A stretch of 64,000 nucleotides of DNA from Piromyces finnis finn (lineage: Eukaryota > Fungi > Neocallimastigomycota). Below the pieces are notes generated by a model that was not told where the DNA came from, made no database searches, and saw nothing but the letters and a program-made list of their open reading frames with translations. The position numbers and the translations under genes were made by a program. Below are positions 1 through 13,490 of this stretch, piece by piece (the first letter of the stretch is position 1; each line of letters begins with the position of its first letter). The stretch is taken from positions 124,001 through 188,000 of the forward strand of contig MCFH01000037.1 in the NCBI GenBank assembly GCA_002104945.1. The letters are read 5' to 3'.

Positions 1-438
1 TACCATATTTCCATGTTTGGTTTGATCCAAATAAAGGGTAATTACAAGTATCTTTAAAAATATTATTATAATTTAAAAATATAATTATTATATATAAATA
101 TATAAATAGATTACTGATATTTATTGCATTGTTTTATTATTAAAAAGACTTGGTCATGTTATAGAAAATGAAGAATTCCCTACTTGGTTCGGAAAGGTAT
201 ATATATTTGTATATTTATATTAAATATTTATATTAATATATTATATTTTAATTATTATATATTATTTCGTTTATTTTAAATAATTTGAAATTTATAGGAA
301 GTTATTGCTGGTATGATGGATTTACCAGCTAATCTTTGGAGAAGGCCAAAACATATTTCATCAAAACATAATAAAAGTAGAATAGAAGCTTTTAAAAAGA
401 AATGGGATAAATACGATTGGACAAAGATGCTGGATTAA
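1..438 (+). CDS. CWF19L2: CWF19-like protein 2 (Cwf19, CwfJ C-terminal region), 3' partial; exons ~1-37, 148-196, 298-438
   Basis: Spliced translation PYFHVWFDPNKG|GLGHVIENEEFPTWFGK|EVIAGMMDLPANLWRRPKH...FKKKWDKYDWTKMLD* with GT-AG introns matches the remembered CWF19L2 C-terminus (PYF.V.F...GG.AHVIED...FP..FGKEIIGGMLD....LWR...W..YD.TK). Confidence 0.85.
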
Positions 439-567
439 AAATATTAATTTTTTTTATTAAACTAATTCAACTTATTTAAATAGTTATAAATTTTAGTTTT
501 AATTTTAATAGTATATTTTATTATTTATTTTTTTTTTTTATATATATTTATTCATTTCAATATAGTT

Positions 568-599
<32 letters not shown>

Positions 600-1915
600 T
601 ATAACAACTTAAAAAATAATTAATAAATAATTAAAATCATTTAAAAAATCGCTTATTTATATTTTTGTGTTATATGTATATGTAAATAACATACTTTTTA
701 ATATATTTATAAAGTAATAATATAGAATTTAAATTATAAAAAAGATTTTTAATAATTAGTTTCAATATATTTTTAAAAATATAAAACCTTGAATAAAAAA
801 TCAAATAAAGTTAATACTATAATAAATCATCAATGCAATATATATAATAAAAAAAATATAGTATACCAAATAATAAAAAAAAAACTTATTATTAGAAAGA
901 ATGATAATCTAAAAGCAAATCAATTCTAAAGACAATAATATTTTATTGTTAAAAATTGTGTTATTCATCTTAATATTAAGAAATGTGCATCTTTTATTTA
1001 TTATTATTATTTTTTTTTTGAAAATAATAATATAACACTATATTATAAAAATTATAAAAATATCAGAAATATTTAATTTTATCTCCCTTTTTTTTTTTTT
1101 TTTTTACTTTATTTTGAAACTTTTTCAACAAACTAACACTAATTTTTGGAATCTTTTTCTAAGTATTCTTTTTTTTTTTATTATTCACAAAATGTATCTA
1201 CCATTTAATATTTACAAGCTAAATCTATATTTATTATTAATATTTTTGAATGCATTAACTAAAACATAATATAATATCATGATATACTATTACTTTAACT
1301 AAAACAATTTTTTTTTTTATTTATTTGTTTATATTCTATTTAATTTATTTTAAATTAAATTTCTTTTATATTTATTTAGCAATTTCCATTTAATAATATT
1401 TGTACTACCATAAATTTAAAAGATATTCATTAAGATTTATAAAAATTTTTTACAAAAATTTAAAGTTTGTATTTATAAAAATTAAATAATAAATATATAA
1501 TATTTAAATATTTATATAGATTATAAATTGATTTATTAATATATAAAATTAATATATAAAATATGTAAGATTAGAAAATTTTATATATACGTTTCATCCA
1601 TTTTTCAATTTTATTAATTATTCTTATAAATAAAGTTTAAAAGAATGTTTTCTATTTTTTTGTATATTTTTATTTATTTCATCCAATTCTCTCCTCTATT
1701 CAATTTGTATATTATCCATATATTTATATATATATTTTAAATAATATATACAATTATTTAACTTAGAAGTGACCATAATAAAAAGTAGTAAATAAACTAA
1801 AATATTTTTTCTTTTTTTAAAGTATTAATTATTGATAAAAAGTATTGTAAAAATAGTGGAAAAACCAATTTACAACTTCCACAATTAAAAAATCTAATAA
1901 TTTAAAGTTATACAA

Positions 1916-1989
1916 GATCTAGAAAATTCTTATTATCTTGAGGGCGCGAAATCGACTCCCAAAAAATAATAAGAATCTTTTCTAGGATC
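1916..1989. repeat. Imperfect inverted repeat (foldback) with GC-rich loop
   Basis: CTAGAAAA-TTCTTATTAT (1919-1936) pairs with ATAATAAGAA-TC-TTTTCTAG (1966-1985), enclosing CTTGAGGGCGCGAAATCGACTCCCAAAAA. Confidence 0.6.
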
Positions 1990-2777
1990 ATCAGTAAGGA
2001 AGAACATTAGAGTTTTCAATTCTTTATTTGCTTAATATCATTATGACCATTTTATTACTATGATTTATGAAATTAATATTTCTAATAATCTTTTTTTATT
2101 TTGGTAAATTAAGTCATCATTCTAATTTTTTGTGTAAATAAATATACCAATCATTTTTTGAATGTAAAATTCATGGAAAACAAATATAAACTTTATAATT
2201 ATTATATCTTTTTTCGTTGTTTATATATGTTTATAAAAGAAGTATTGTAATAATCGTCAGAAGTATTATTTATAATTAATACTTTTAGAAATACAAATTT
2301 GAAATTTATTTATTTAGCGAGCTCTTTTAAAAATATGTAATTAATAATATTTAAATACAATTTTAATGGTTTAAAAAAATATAACCCATTTATTTATTTA
2401 CTAGATTCTAAAAGTATATATTGTTTTAAATTATTCTTTATGCCTTTTCTAATATATCACAAAAAAGAAAATGGGTGATATTATGATTAATATTTTATTT
2501 TCGAAATTTCTAAATATATAATTTTATAAAGTGGAATAGATGTAGCACGAAAATATAAAATACTTATTATGGCATTTTTAATAGATTTTTAATTAAAATG
2601 TTATAAAATAGTATTGGATTAATGTAAATCATATATTGACTTCGAAGTATTTAAAGCGTTTAAACTACTCATTTTTTTAAAGCTGAAAAAGTTTTCTAAA
2701 AAAAAAAATATAAAAAAAAAAAAAAAAAATTAAAAGTATAAAGATATAAATATTGAGAATAATACAATATAAACATT

Positions 2778-2885
2778 AATAATAATAGCAATAATAACAA
2801 TAACAATAACAATAACAATAACAATAACAACAACAACAACAACAACAACAACAATAATAATAATAATAATAATAATAACAATAAG
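2778..2885. repeat. Compound microsatellite (AAT)n/(AACAAT)n/(AAC)n just upstream of the ABCA start
   Basis: Directly visible; it explains the spurious poly-Leu and poly-Ile/Val ORFs 2696-2881 and 2730-2999. Confidence 0.95.
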
Positions 2886-2926
2886 AATATAAAAACCCAT
2901 CTTTAATATAAAATTATAAACTAAAA

Positions 2927-5900
2927 ATGCTATTTTATCAACTAAAAGTGTTAATCTGGAGAAACTTACTATTGAAAAAGAGAAGACTCTTTTCAACATT
3001 ACTTGAAATTATTATTCCAATAATAATTTCTCTTGTAATTGGTACAGTGTATATTAAAATAAAAATTAGTTACAATGTTAAAAATATTAATATTAATAAG
3101 TTTATTAATAATATACTTTAATTTTTTTTTTGGTTATTATTCTAAAACTGATTATAAAGATACATACTTTGAAAAGATAGAAAATTTTAAATTAGAAAAC
3201 TTGGAAACTTATTCTGATGGTAGTTTGTTATATAAAGTAGAATTTGGTTTTATATTCCCTCCAGAATTTGATAATCAAAAGCGACAAATATTTTTAAATA
3301 ATTTTAAATCAAATAAATTTTTTGATAAATTTAATTATCTTGAAAATAATCAAAACTTCACACTTGATAACGAAAAGGTAAACAATGTTCATGAATATAA
3401 GATAAAAATCCTCGAAAATGAAGAAGAATCCGAAAAAGAATTAAAAAAAAGTGAAAAAGAATATTTTATTTACTATTCTGTTATTTTTACTTCATTAATA
3501 AAGTATACAATTGGTGTATATTACATGGAAGAATTATATGAAAAAATTAAAAATGTAGAATTTAACTATATTATGGATAATGAGTATTTTGATGAATTTG
3601 AATATGTTAGTAAATATCAAACAATCATAAATAAATCTATAATAAAAATGTTATCTCCTAATAGTCAAGATTTCAGTATCAGTTATACATTATTAGATAG
3701 AAATTCCTATACTGAAAAAACAAAAGAAAATACAATTCAATCTTTCGTACCACTTTTTATGCTTTTCTATTTTATTCCATGTATATGCAATTTACTCGTT
3801 TTATTAGTTATAGAAAAAGAAACCAAAATTAAAGAATCATTAGTTATTATTGGTTTGAAAAAATCGTCTTTCTGGGTTTCATGGGCTATAACATATGGAA
3901 TTATTATTTTGTTTACCTCTATAATTGTAACAGCAGTAATGATATTTTCTGAATTATTTGTTTATATTCATTGGAGTGTATTAATCATTTCAATCGTAAT
4001 TTTTGGTTTATCATGTTGCTCAATTTCTTTCATTCTTTCAACTTTAATTAACAAATCAAGAACAGCGAATACCATTGGTGCTATGGTTATTGCTTTATTC
4101 TTTGCAATGTTCTTTATAGATATGTTTATGAAAAAATATTTAACATTATATAATGTTTTACAGTATATTATTTCACCAATATCATTTCTTTCGTTATTTG
4201 ATTATCTTATTAAATATGACGAACAGAGAATAAACGTTAATCTTTTTAACATATTCAATAAATTAGGCTTAAAAAACAGTTTCTTAGGATTAATCTTTAC
4301 ATTTGTTTTCTATTTAATCATTGCTATTTATTTGGATAATGTAATACCTCAAGGTAATAATTTCTACAAAAAGTGGAACTTTTTCATTACTGATATTTTC
4401 AAAAACAAAAAACATAAATTATTAGATCCATGCCATAAAAATACTAACAATCAATATATTCAAGAAGATCCAAAGGATTTAAAAAAAGCTGTCGAAATTA
4501 GAAATATATGTAAAACATTTAAAATTAAAGGGGAAAGAGTAGAAATTTTAAAAAACATTGATTTTAACGCATTTTATAATGAAATATTTGCAATTTTAGG
4601 GCACAATGGTGCAGGAAAGACTACTTTAATGAGTATTATGACAGGTATTCTCTCATCCACTAAAGGAGAGGTTTATTACGATGGTATTCCTATTACCGGC
4701 AATGAAACAGAAATATGTAAAAAATTGGTTATTGTCCTCAATTTGATACCTTTAATAACAACTTAACTGTTGGTGAACATATTAAACTTTTTAGTGGTAT
4801 TAAAGGAATTAATGTTGATATTGATTCTATTCTTCAAGATATTGATTTATCAAATAAAAAGAATAATTACCCAAAAGAACTTAGTGGAGGACAAAGAAGA
4901 AAACTTTGTATTACATTAGCTCTTTTAGGATCTCCCAAATATGTATTCTTAGATGAACCTACTACAGGACTTGATCCATATTCTCGTAAAAATATTTGGG
5001 AATTATTATCAAGAAAAAAAGAAGATTGTGTCATCTTTGTTACTACTCATTATATGGATGAAGCTGATCTTTTAGCAGATAGAAAAATGATTATTTCTAA
5101 CGGTAATATTTCATGCCTAGGTACTAGTCTTTTCTTGAAACAGAAATTTAATATGAATTACTCACTTGATATTCATTGTGAGAATACAAAAGACTTTTCT
5201 ATTTCTGATAAAATTATGGATGAATTTTGTCCAGGAACAACTAATACAAGAACTATCAGCAATACTAATATGCAAAGCATAGATGATAACATTAGCAAAT
5301 CTGGAAAAGAAAATGGAGATTACATCATTTCATATTCTTTACCAATGAAATATGTTAAAAACTTTAAGCATATTTTTGAAAATATAAATAAAATAATAAA
5401 AGACCATCATAATTCAATTAAAAAATTTTCATTAACAGCTCCTACACTTGAAGAACTTTTTATTAAATTGGAACATAATGACGAAAATAGTCTTCAATAT
5501 CAAAAAGCAAAAAAATACAGTCAGTATTGATCTAAATTCAGATGATATTAAATTAATAGAAAAGCTTGATCCAATATTTAGCAAAAAATTAGTTAACAAG
5601 TCAACATCTTTCCGACAAATAATGGCTATTGTAAAACTTCGTTTAAAAATATTCTTAAGAAATAAATCGTTTGCCTTTATTTATACTTTATTACCGGTTG
5701 CTCTTTCTATTATTTGTATTTATTTAGTTAATTCATTATATTTACGTTTGCAATCGAATGAGCCTACAATTTTCCAATCATTAAACATTTCTAATTCGCT
5801 ATATGAAAACGAGAAATGGTTTAAGGAAGCTAATATAACCAGTCCAGCATTAAATTACATTAATAAAATAGAGTCAGCTAATAAAATTAGTATTGATACT

Positions 5901-7449
5901 GTTAGTTACGCGAATGATATATCGATTTCTAATGGAAAAGATATTTCCAAATTAAATTATATTGGCGGATTTTATGGTTATTCAGAAAATCAAAATCTTC
6001 ATTTTATTATATATAAAAATATCACTGATACTTTTGCCACATCAATAGGCATTGATATTTTAAGTAATGCTATTCTAGAACAAAATAATAATAAAGATCG
6101 TTTTTCAATTAGCATACACCCATTAAATTTATATTATGATAATTATAATGAAAATGATAAGGATAATCTTTTCAATATTGCACCCGAGATGAGTAAAAGA
6201 GAAATGGAACCTATATTGATTACTGGTTTGTCTCTTTGTATATCTCTTTGTATTTCGATCTTTGGACCGTATGCTGTTAAAGAAAGAGAAGAAGGAATCA
6301 CTCATCAACTTTTTTTAAATGGCACTAAACGTATTAACTACTGGCTAGGTATTCTTATCAGTGATAGTATTTGTATTTTTGTTCCGATTTTGATAATTAC
6401 ATTTGCAGGATATATAAATAATATTAGTATCTTCCATCCAAATATTATAATATTTACATTAGTAATGTCTGTTATGTGGATTGTTGGTAGTTTACTAAAT
6501 CAATATGTTATATCCTATTTCTTTAATAGATATGAAAAAATTTCTACTATTTTTGTTATCATTAATCCTATTCTTAGTCTTTTTGTAGGTACAATCATGA
6601 TCACCTTGGCAGCTAGATCCCATTTAGTTTTTATGGATGACATTGACCAAGTTACTGATGGAAGGGAACTAAAAAAGATAAGAAAAGATAAAATGATGCT
6701 TTATGGAATGTATGCTTTCTTATTTCTTTTTGTCCCTGGCTTTATTATTCTCTATTATGGAAAAATAGATACTTTCCAACTCCATAAAATTATCGAATTT
6801 TCCAAAGAAGAACTTGATGCATTTTTACTTTCTGATGAGGCTAAATCTATTAATTCCAATGATAAGCTCACCAATACTGAAAAATCAAAACTTCTTAAAC
6901 AGAAATTCTTTGATAAAAGAATTCCTACTCTTAAAGATTTATTTAGTTGTAAAGATAGATTTATTATATTAGTTTTATTTGCAATTGCAAGTATTATTAT
7001 ATACGGAATACTTTTAGTAATTATAGAAAAGATAAAGAAAAAGCAATTACATAAACATATTGAATACTCACAAGATGAAATAAGTAAAAAGGAAGAATTT
7101 ATGAAGAATGAACCGATTGATGTTAGAAATGAATTCAAAAGAGTTCGTCAATCTTTAAATGATAGAAATGCTAATATTTCATTAAATGTATTTCAACTAA
7201 ATAAAGATTTCATAATAAAACATAAAGATATTAAAAAGAAAAGAAAAGATGAAAGTATAAATAAGATCGATTCTGGAGATGGAATAGAAGACAAAGCAAT
7301 TAAAAATAAAAAAAATTTAAAAATGAAAAATAAAAGGGCTTTTGAAAAAATGGATAATCGTATAACTTATGATGAAAAGAAAAAAAAGTATATTAATCGT
7401 ATTGTAGATGATGTTACATTTGGTGTAAATATAAAAGAGTGTCTTGGTC

Positions 7450-7480
<31 letters not shown>

Positions 7481-8270
7481 CTCTATTTCTATGATTACTG
7501 GTTTATTAGCTCACACTCATGGAGTTATTAAATATGGTGAAAAAGATTTCAATAAAACGGATATTGCTGATTTATCACTAGGATATTGTTCTCAGCATGA
7601 TTCTCTTTGGAAATTATTAACAGTAAAAGAAACGGTTAATTTCTACCTCAACATTTGTGGTTATTCTAGAAAAGACATTCCTCGTTACACTAAAGCATTA
7701 ATTGAATCTTGTGGTATTGAAAATCATGCCAATAAAAAAGTCTGTGAAATTAGTGGAGGTACCAAACGTAAACTTTCCTTAATCATTGCTATTTGTTCCT
7801 CACCAGATTATCTTATTTTAGATGAACCAAGTGCAGGTATGGATCCATTTACACGTCGTTATATGTGGAATTTAATTTCTAAATTAAAAAATGGTCGTGA
7901 AACTGTTACGATTTTAACTACTCACTCTACAGAAGAAGCAGAAGCTCTTTGTGACCGTATTGCAATTTTAATTAAAGGACGTTTAGTTTGTATTGATACG
8001 CCAAGAAGTATTAGAATGAATTATAATAATACCTATACCTTGGAAGTATTTACCTCTGATCCGGAAAGATTTGAAGAAAGTTTTGTAAAAGAGAAAAATT
8101 TATTTGGGTTAGATGAAAATGAAAATTATGAAGTAGAATCATCCATTAATTATCAAAAATATTCTGTTAAAATAAAAATAGAGAATATTGCTAGAGTATT
8201 TTCTTTAATGGAAGATGCTAAAGAACAAAAATGTGTTAATCAATATAACTTTGGTCAATACTCTCCATAA
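2927..8270 (+). pseudogene. ABC transporter subfamily A (full size, TMD-NBD-TMD-NBD), disrupted as given: frameshifts at 4719-4724 and 5509-5515, and C-terminus cut by a LINE insertion
   Basis: N-terminal QLKVLIWRNLLLKKR...LLEIIIP; EKETKIKESL..IGL; Walker A GHNGAGKT and GPNGAGKT; signatures LSGGQRRKL (read in the shifted frame at ~4880) and ISGGTKRKL; FLDEPTTGLDP/ILDEPSAGMDP; TTHYMDEAD/TTHSTEEAE. Probable short intron 3049-3100. The frameshifts may be sequencing errors. Confidence 0.9.
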
Positions 8271-9280
8271 ATTTGTTGATCCAGTTTGTCCTAACTACTG
8301 TCCATGTTGCAAGTGTGGTGTTCAAAGTATTAAACATTGGTTATTAGATTGTCCAACATTTAGAGATATCCGTATTAAACATTATGATTCTATAGTCCAG
8401 CTACTATATTTTTCAGTCAACGTAATTCCAATAGTCCTATCAATAATAATGAAAATGTTAATATCAGTAGAGATAGCAATAACATTAATAGTAATAGTAA
8501 CAATAGTAATAGTAACAATAGTAATAGTAACAATAGTAATAGTAACAATAGTAATAATAGAAATAGTAATAATAACAATAGTAGTTATAGAAATAATAAT
8601 ACTAGTAATGATAGCAATAGTGAAGATAATAATTCTAATTTAGATAGTAATTTAGTTAATAATAGTAATAGTTCTAATAATCCGGTGAATATTAATGTGT
8701 ACGATTATTCTAGTGTGTGCAGTAAAATATTTAAATTCCTTCTTGGGGGAAGAAGTTTTAACAATATTAATTACAATTCAAGGGAATGGAAAGAACTTTG
8801 TAAGCGTCAGATTCAATCTGGTACTAACGAAGGAACACCATTCTTGACGGTAACCGCGGAACTTCTAACCAAAATCATGCCTTTTGCTATTGGCCAGCAA
8901 TGGTCAATGTTCAAAAGGTTTGAAGCAACATCCAAGAGCGTCAATGCTGAAGAAACAGTAAGACAGGCCAGGAGGGCCAGCGCAACCAATGGAGATCATA
9001 ATTTTGTTCCATGACAAAATTTTGATCTTTGGCTCGGTGTCCCATTGGAAGTCAAATACAATTATTATACTTTAGTATGATAGTGGCTTTCTTACTTTAA
9101 TTAAAATTACTAGAATACATTATACCCAATTTTTATTCATTTGTGTTTATTTAAACATATTTTTTTTATTTTTATTTTTGTTTTTTAATTTTTTATTACA
9201 TGTATTATAATTTTAATTAAATTAATAATAAAGTTTAAAATATTTGATGCCGTTAAAAAAAAAAAAAAAAAAAAAAAAAA
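8268..9280 (+). mobile_element. 5'-truncated LINE (non-LTR retrotransposon) copy, ~1.0 kb, with A26 tail
   Basis: Highly similar to the reverse complement of 23500-24422: encodes the CPNYCPCCKCGVQSIKHWLLDC zinc knuckle and the same 3' UTR ending TATTTGATGCCGTT(A)26. It has a 1-nt deletion near 8410. No TSD found. Confidence 0.95.
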
Positions 9281-10022
9281 TAATAAAAATGAAAAAAAAA
9301 AAAAAAAAAAAATAGTAATATGAAATTCACTTTAAAAAAAATTATTATAATGTTTTTTATTATTAAAATTAAAATTGATATGTATTATATAAATATTTAA
9401 TTAAAATTTTCATTTATATTTTATTAATAATTTAATTATTATTTTCTTTTTTTAAATAAAAAAAAAAAAAGTATAAAATATGGAAAATGAATACTTTATG
9501 ACACTATAGTAGTTAAAATATTTAATTTCTTTATAAAGTTTTAATTAAGATTACCTTTAGAAATTTTTAAAATATACTCCATGCAAATCTTTTTTATAAT
9601 AAAAATGTTCCATTATATCAAAGATTAACGGATAAAATAATAATTAAACTTTTAAAATTCAAATTTATGACATACAGTGTATTATAGAAAAAAATGCTTA
9701 AAATTTTAAATTAATTTATATAACATTTAATTAAGTTACAATGTTTAAAATAATTAAACCTTAAATTTCTATCTTTTATAAAACAAAAGCAAGCATGCAA
9801 GCAATTACTCATACTTTTTGATAAATAAAAATAAAGTTAAAAAATATGAAAAAATCATTGCTAAGCTAAATTTATTATAGTAATGACAATGTCAAATAAT
9901 TAAAAATTAAAGCATTTTAATATTGAAATTTAAGTTTTAATATTAATAAAATATATATGGAATAAGACTAAAAAAAAATGGATATCTATAATGTGTAGTA
10001 TAAAAATATTTTTCATCCATAA

Positions 10023-10056
<34 letters not shown>

Positions 10057-13000
10057 TTTTAAAATATTTTAATATTTATAAAATTCTTTTTTTAATGGAA
10101 ACTTTTTTTTTATACTTGTATCACTTTCATTTAATTATTAAAAGCTTATGTATTAAAATATACTATGATTATACATATTAATATAATTCGTATATAATCA
10201 TTGGATAAAAATATTAATTATTTTCAAAACATTCAAAATAAAATTAAAATGTTTAATTCTTAATCACGAAGAAAATGCTAACTTTTAAATATTGATAGAA
10301 AAGTTAATACTAATATGCATTTAGTAATGCACTGACAATTAATGATGATAAACAAATGAATTAGAATTATATTTTAAATTTAAAAAGTCAACTTTATATT
10401 TAAAAAAATATATATCTAGACTTTCTTTCAAAATATAATTGATAATAATTTAACCCCTTGTAAAATAATAATTATAATGGTGTTATATTTATCTTATCGT
10501 TTATTTTAATATTTGGTATGAATATATACAATAAAATAAATAACAGCATTAAAAAAGTATATAACAAGATGAAAAATACACATAGGTACAATTTCTTGAA
10601 TAAAAAAAGATTCAATCAAAAAAAGCATAGAAATAACTGAAAATAGTTTTAAAAAACAAATTTATATAAAAGAAACTTTTTTTGATTTTAACAGTTTAAT
10701 AAAAAAAACAATAGACCACAATACCTATTTATTATAAAATTATAATTAATGCAGAATTAATAAGAATTAAAGCATAAAATGAAAGAAACTCTTAAGTTCT
10801 TTTCATGATTTCATTTCAAAAATCTTAAAATGACAACTTATTTTTATTTTTCATATATTTAATTATATAATATATTATAATATATTATATTGTTATTAAT
10901 TTATATATTATTGTTATTTATAAATTATGTGTTTAATTTAAAATATATTATTTAAGGTGATACAAGTTTTACTACATATAAATTAATATGCCATTTTTAG
11001 TATAATTAAAATTTATATTATTTAATATATATTAAAATAATAAATCACATTTTTCAAAAAATACTATATTTTTAATAAAATATAAAATAGAATAAACAAT
11101 TTCTATAAATAAATGTACGATTAGTCATATAAACCTATTGACTTAATTTAATTGAATGGTATATATTATTTTTTAATAGTAATATATTATAATTATTCAT
11201 TTAATAGAAAATAACAAAAATTTAAAATAACAATTATTATCATCAAAATTTTTTTTTCTTTAATGCTTATAGATATATAATATAATAACATTTAAAATGT
11301 AAGATTTTTTTCTTTATTTAATAGAAAACAGTTTAATAAAAACTAAATAATCTTTTTAATTTTATTACAATGTATTTTTGTATTTTGTTTTCTTTTTTGG
11401 TTATCTTTTATCGAAATAGATGCTACATTTTAATGTTTTAGACTCTATTATACAATATTAAACTCTTTTTGTAATAGTTTTCAATTTTTTTGTTATTGAC
11501 TATTTATTTAACAAATAGTAAATAAGAATGACTATTTTTATATATAAACATTGATCATCTAATTATATATAATTAATTAAAAAGAAATAAAAAAAAAATA
11601 CATTGTAATACTAATTACTATTGGAATATAATTATATATAAATAAATTTATTAGTTTTTGTATAAATAATGTTTTATTGAAATAATTAAGTATATTTTTA
11701 TTTTAAATAATAAAAAAATGTTACTTTAGTATATACTTTTATTTATTCATTAAAAGTAAAAAAAAAAAAATCATTTTGTTAATACAAAAAGAAAAAAAAA
11801 AAAGATAAATTACTTTCTTAGTATGAACATTTGAATATTTGATTATTTTAATTTAAATATATAAACTTTATTTAATAATCTTTATATATTTATATAAAAA
11901 TTTTAAAAAAAACTAATATTTTTTTTTTAAAAAATTTTTTTGTAATGCATTATATAAATTAAGGAAAAAAAATAAAGTATTAACAATAACAATACTAACA
12001 TAACACAATAAAACATATAAAAAGGATAAACTTTCACTTTTTAAAAAACTCACACCAAAGTTTTTTTTAAAAAAGTCAGTTAATATTTTTATTATTATTA
12101 TTATAAAAAATAAGAAAAGAAACACAATATTTTTTTATTTTAATATAATAGTAATACTTAAAATTATTTACATCCTCCTTTTTTTTTTATTAATATTCAT
12201 TTTTCTTTTATTTTTTTTTTCTTTGAATTTTACAATAGAGTATTAAAAAAAAGAAAAAACAATATTAAAAGAAAAAAGAATAATTATAAAAAAGCTAATA
12301 ACAAAAGCTAGAATACATTTAATTATTATTTATTTTTTAGAGTTATTACTTAAAAAATATATATAATTATAAAATAGTAACAAAGACCCCCTTAATTTAA
12401 AAACGTTTAAATTAAAATCAATATATTAATAGAAAGAAAAAGTAATTTAAAATAATAAATTCATAATCTATAATACTATTACTATATTTATAATATCAAT
12501 TCTTATTATATTATATAACTAAAAGATTTTTTCTTTTTTTTATTTTCTTTTTTTTTTTTTCTCTCTCTTCTAATTTATATGCAGGTTATACAGAATACAA
12601 TTTAGTTAAAAATATTGAACGTCATTGAGAATTTATGTTTTGATATATACAACATAAGATTAATATTAATTCATTTCTTTAATATTTGAAAATAATAATA
12701 ATAAAATATTATTTAAACAATTAAAATAATTAGAAATTAAAATAAGATAAAATGAGTTAGTAACGTTTATTTCTTATTTTCAATTTAATTTTAAAGAAAA
12801 AAAAAAAACATAATTATTGATAACTCAATAACAAAATTATAAAAAGTAAAATACAAAAACAAAGATAAAAATACGTTTTTAAATTTATATATATCGTTCT
12901 TTTCTTTAATAAGACATCTTCTTTGTTAAATAATACTTTCTCGAGTTTAATATATATTTAGCAAAGAAGTTTTATAATCACACATAAAAAATAATTTTTT

Positions 13001-13490
13001 TTATATATACAGTGATAATATTCTACCTTTTTAAAATAAGAAAAATATATAAAAAATATATAAAGCAAAATATAAGTCAAGTGATAATAATAATAAAAAA
13101 AGGGCCAGCAATAAAAATATAATGATTATTTAAAAAAGTTAAAAAAAAAAAAAAAAAAAGAGTAGAAAAAAGAAAAAATATATATAATAGAATTTAATCA
13201 ATTAACAGTATTCATTCAAAAATTACTCAGTAATTTCTATTCATTTTCAACAACATTACACACTTTTTTAAGTAATATTTATAATATTTTGTAAATTAAC
13301 TTTAATTTTGAGATATATAAAGCCAAAATAATAATTAAAGTATTAAAAAAAAACTACAAGCACTATCTTTTTTTATATAGAAAAAAAATCTATAAAAAAG
13401 ATTAAAAAGAAATAAAAAAAAAAAAAAAAGAATATTATAATTTATTATAGTAAAATTAATTAAAAAAAAAAAAGAATATAGAAAACTAAA

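Noticed and set aside
2546-2552. CACGAAA (SCB-like motif) upstream of ABCA
   Set aside because: A 7-mer of this composition is expected about twice by chance in 64 kb; no independent support.
2696-2999. ORFs 2696-2881 and 2730-2999 (poly-Leu, poly-Ile/Val)
   Set aside because: Translations of the (AAT)/(AAC) microsatellite; not genes.
8215-9014. ORFs 8215-8643 and 8685-9014 as independent genes
   Set aside because: Frameshifted pieces of the truncated LINE copy; the ITIVIV repeats are the Asn/Ser minisatellite read out of frame.
12392-12415. Near-palindrome TTAATTTAAAAACGTTTAAATTAA
   Set aside because: Almost all A/T and short; expected in this composition.
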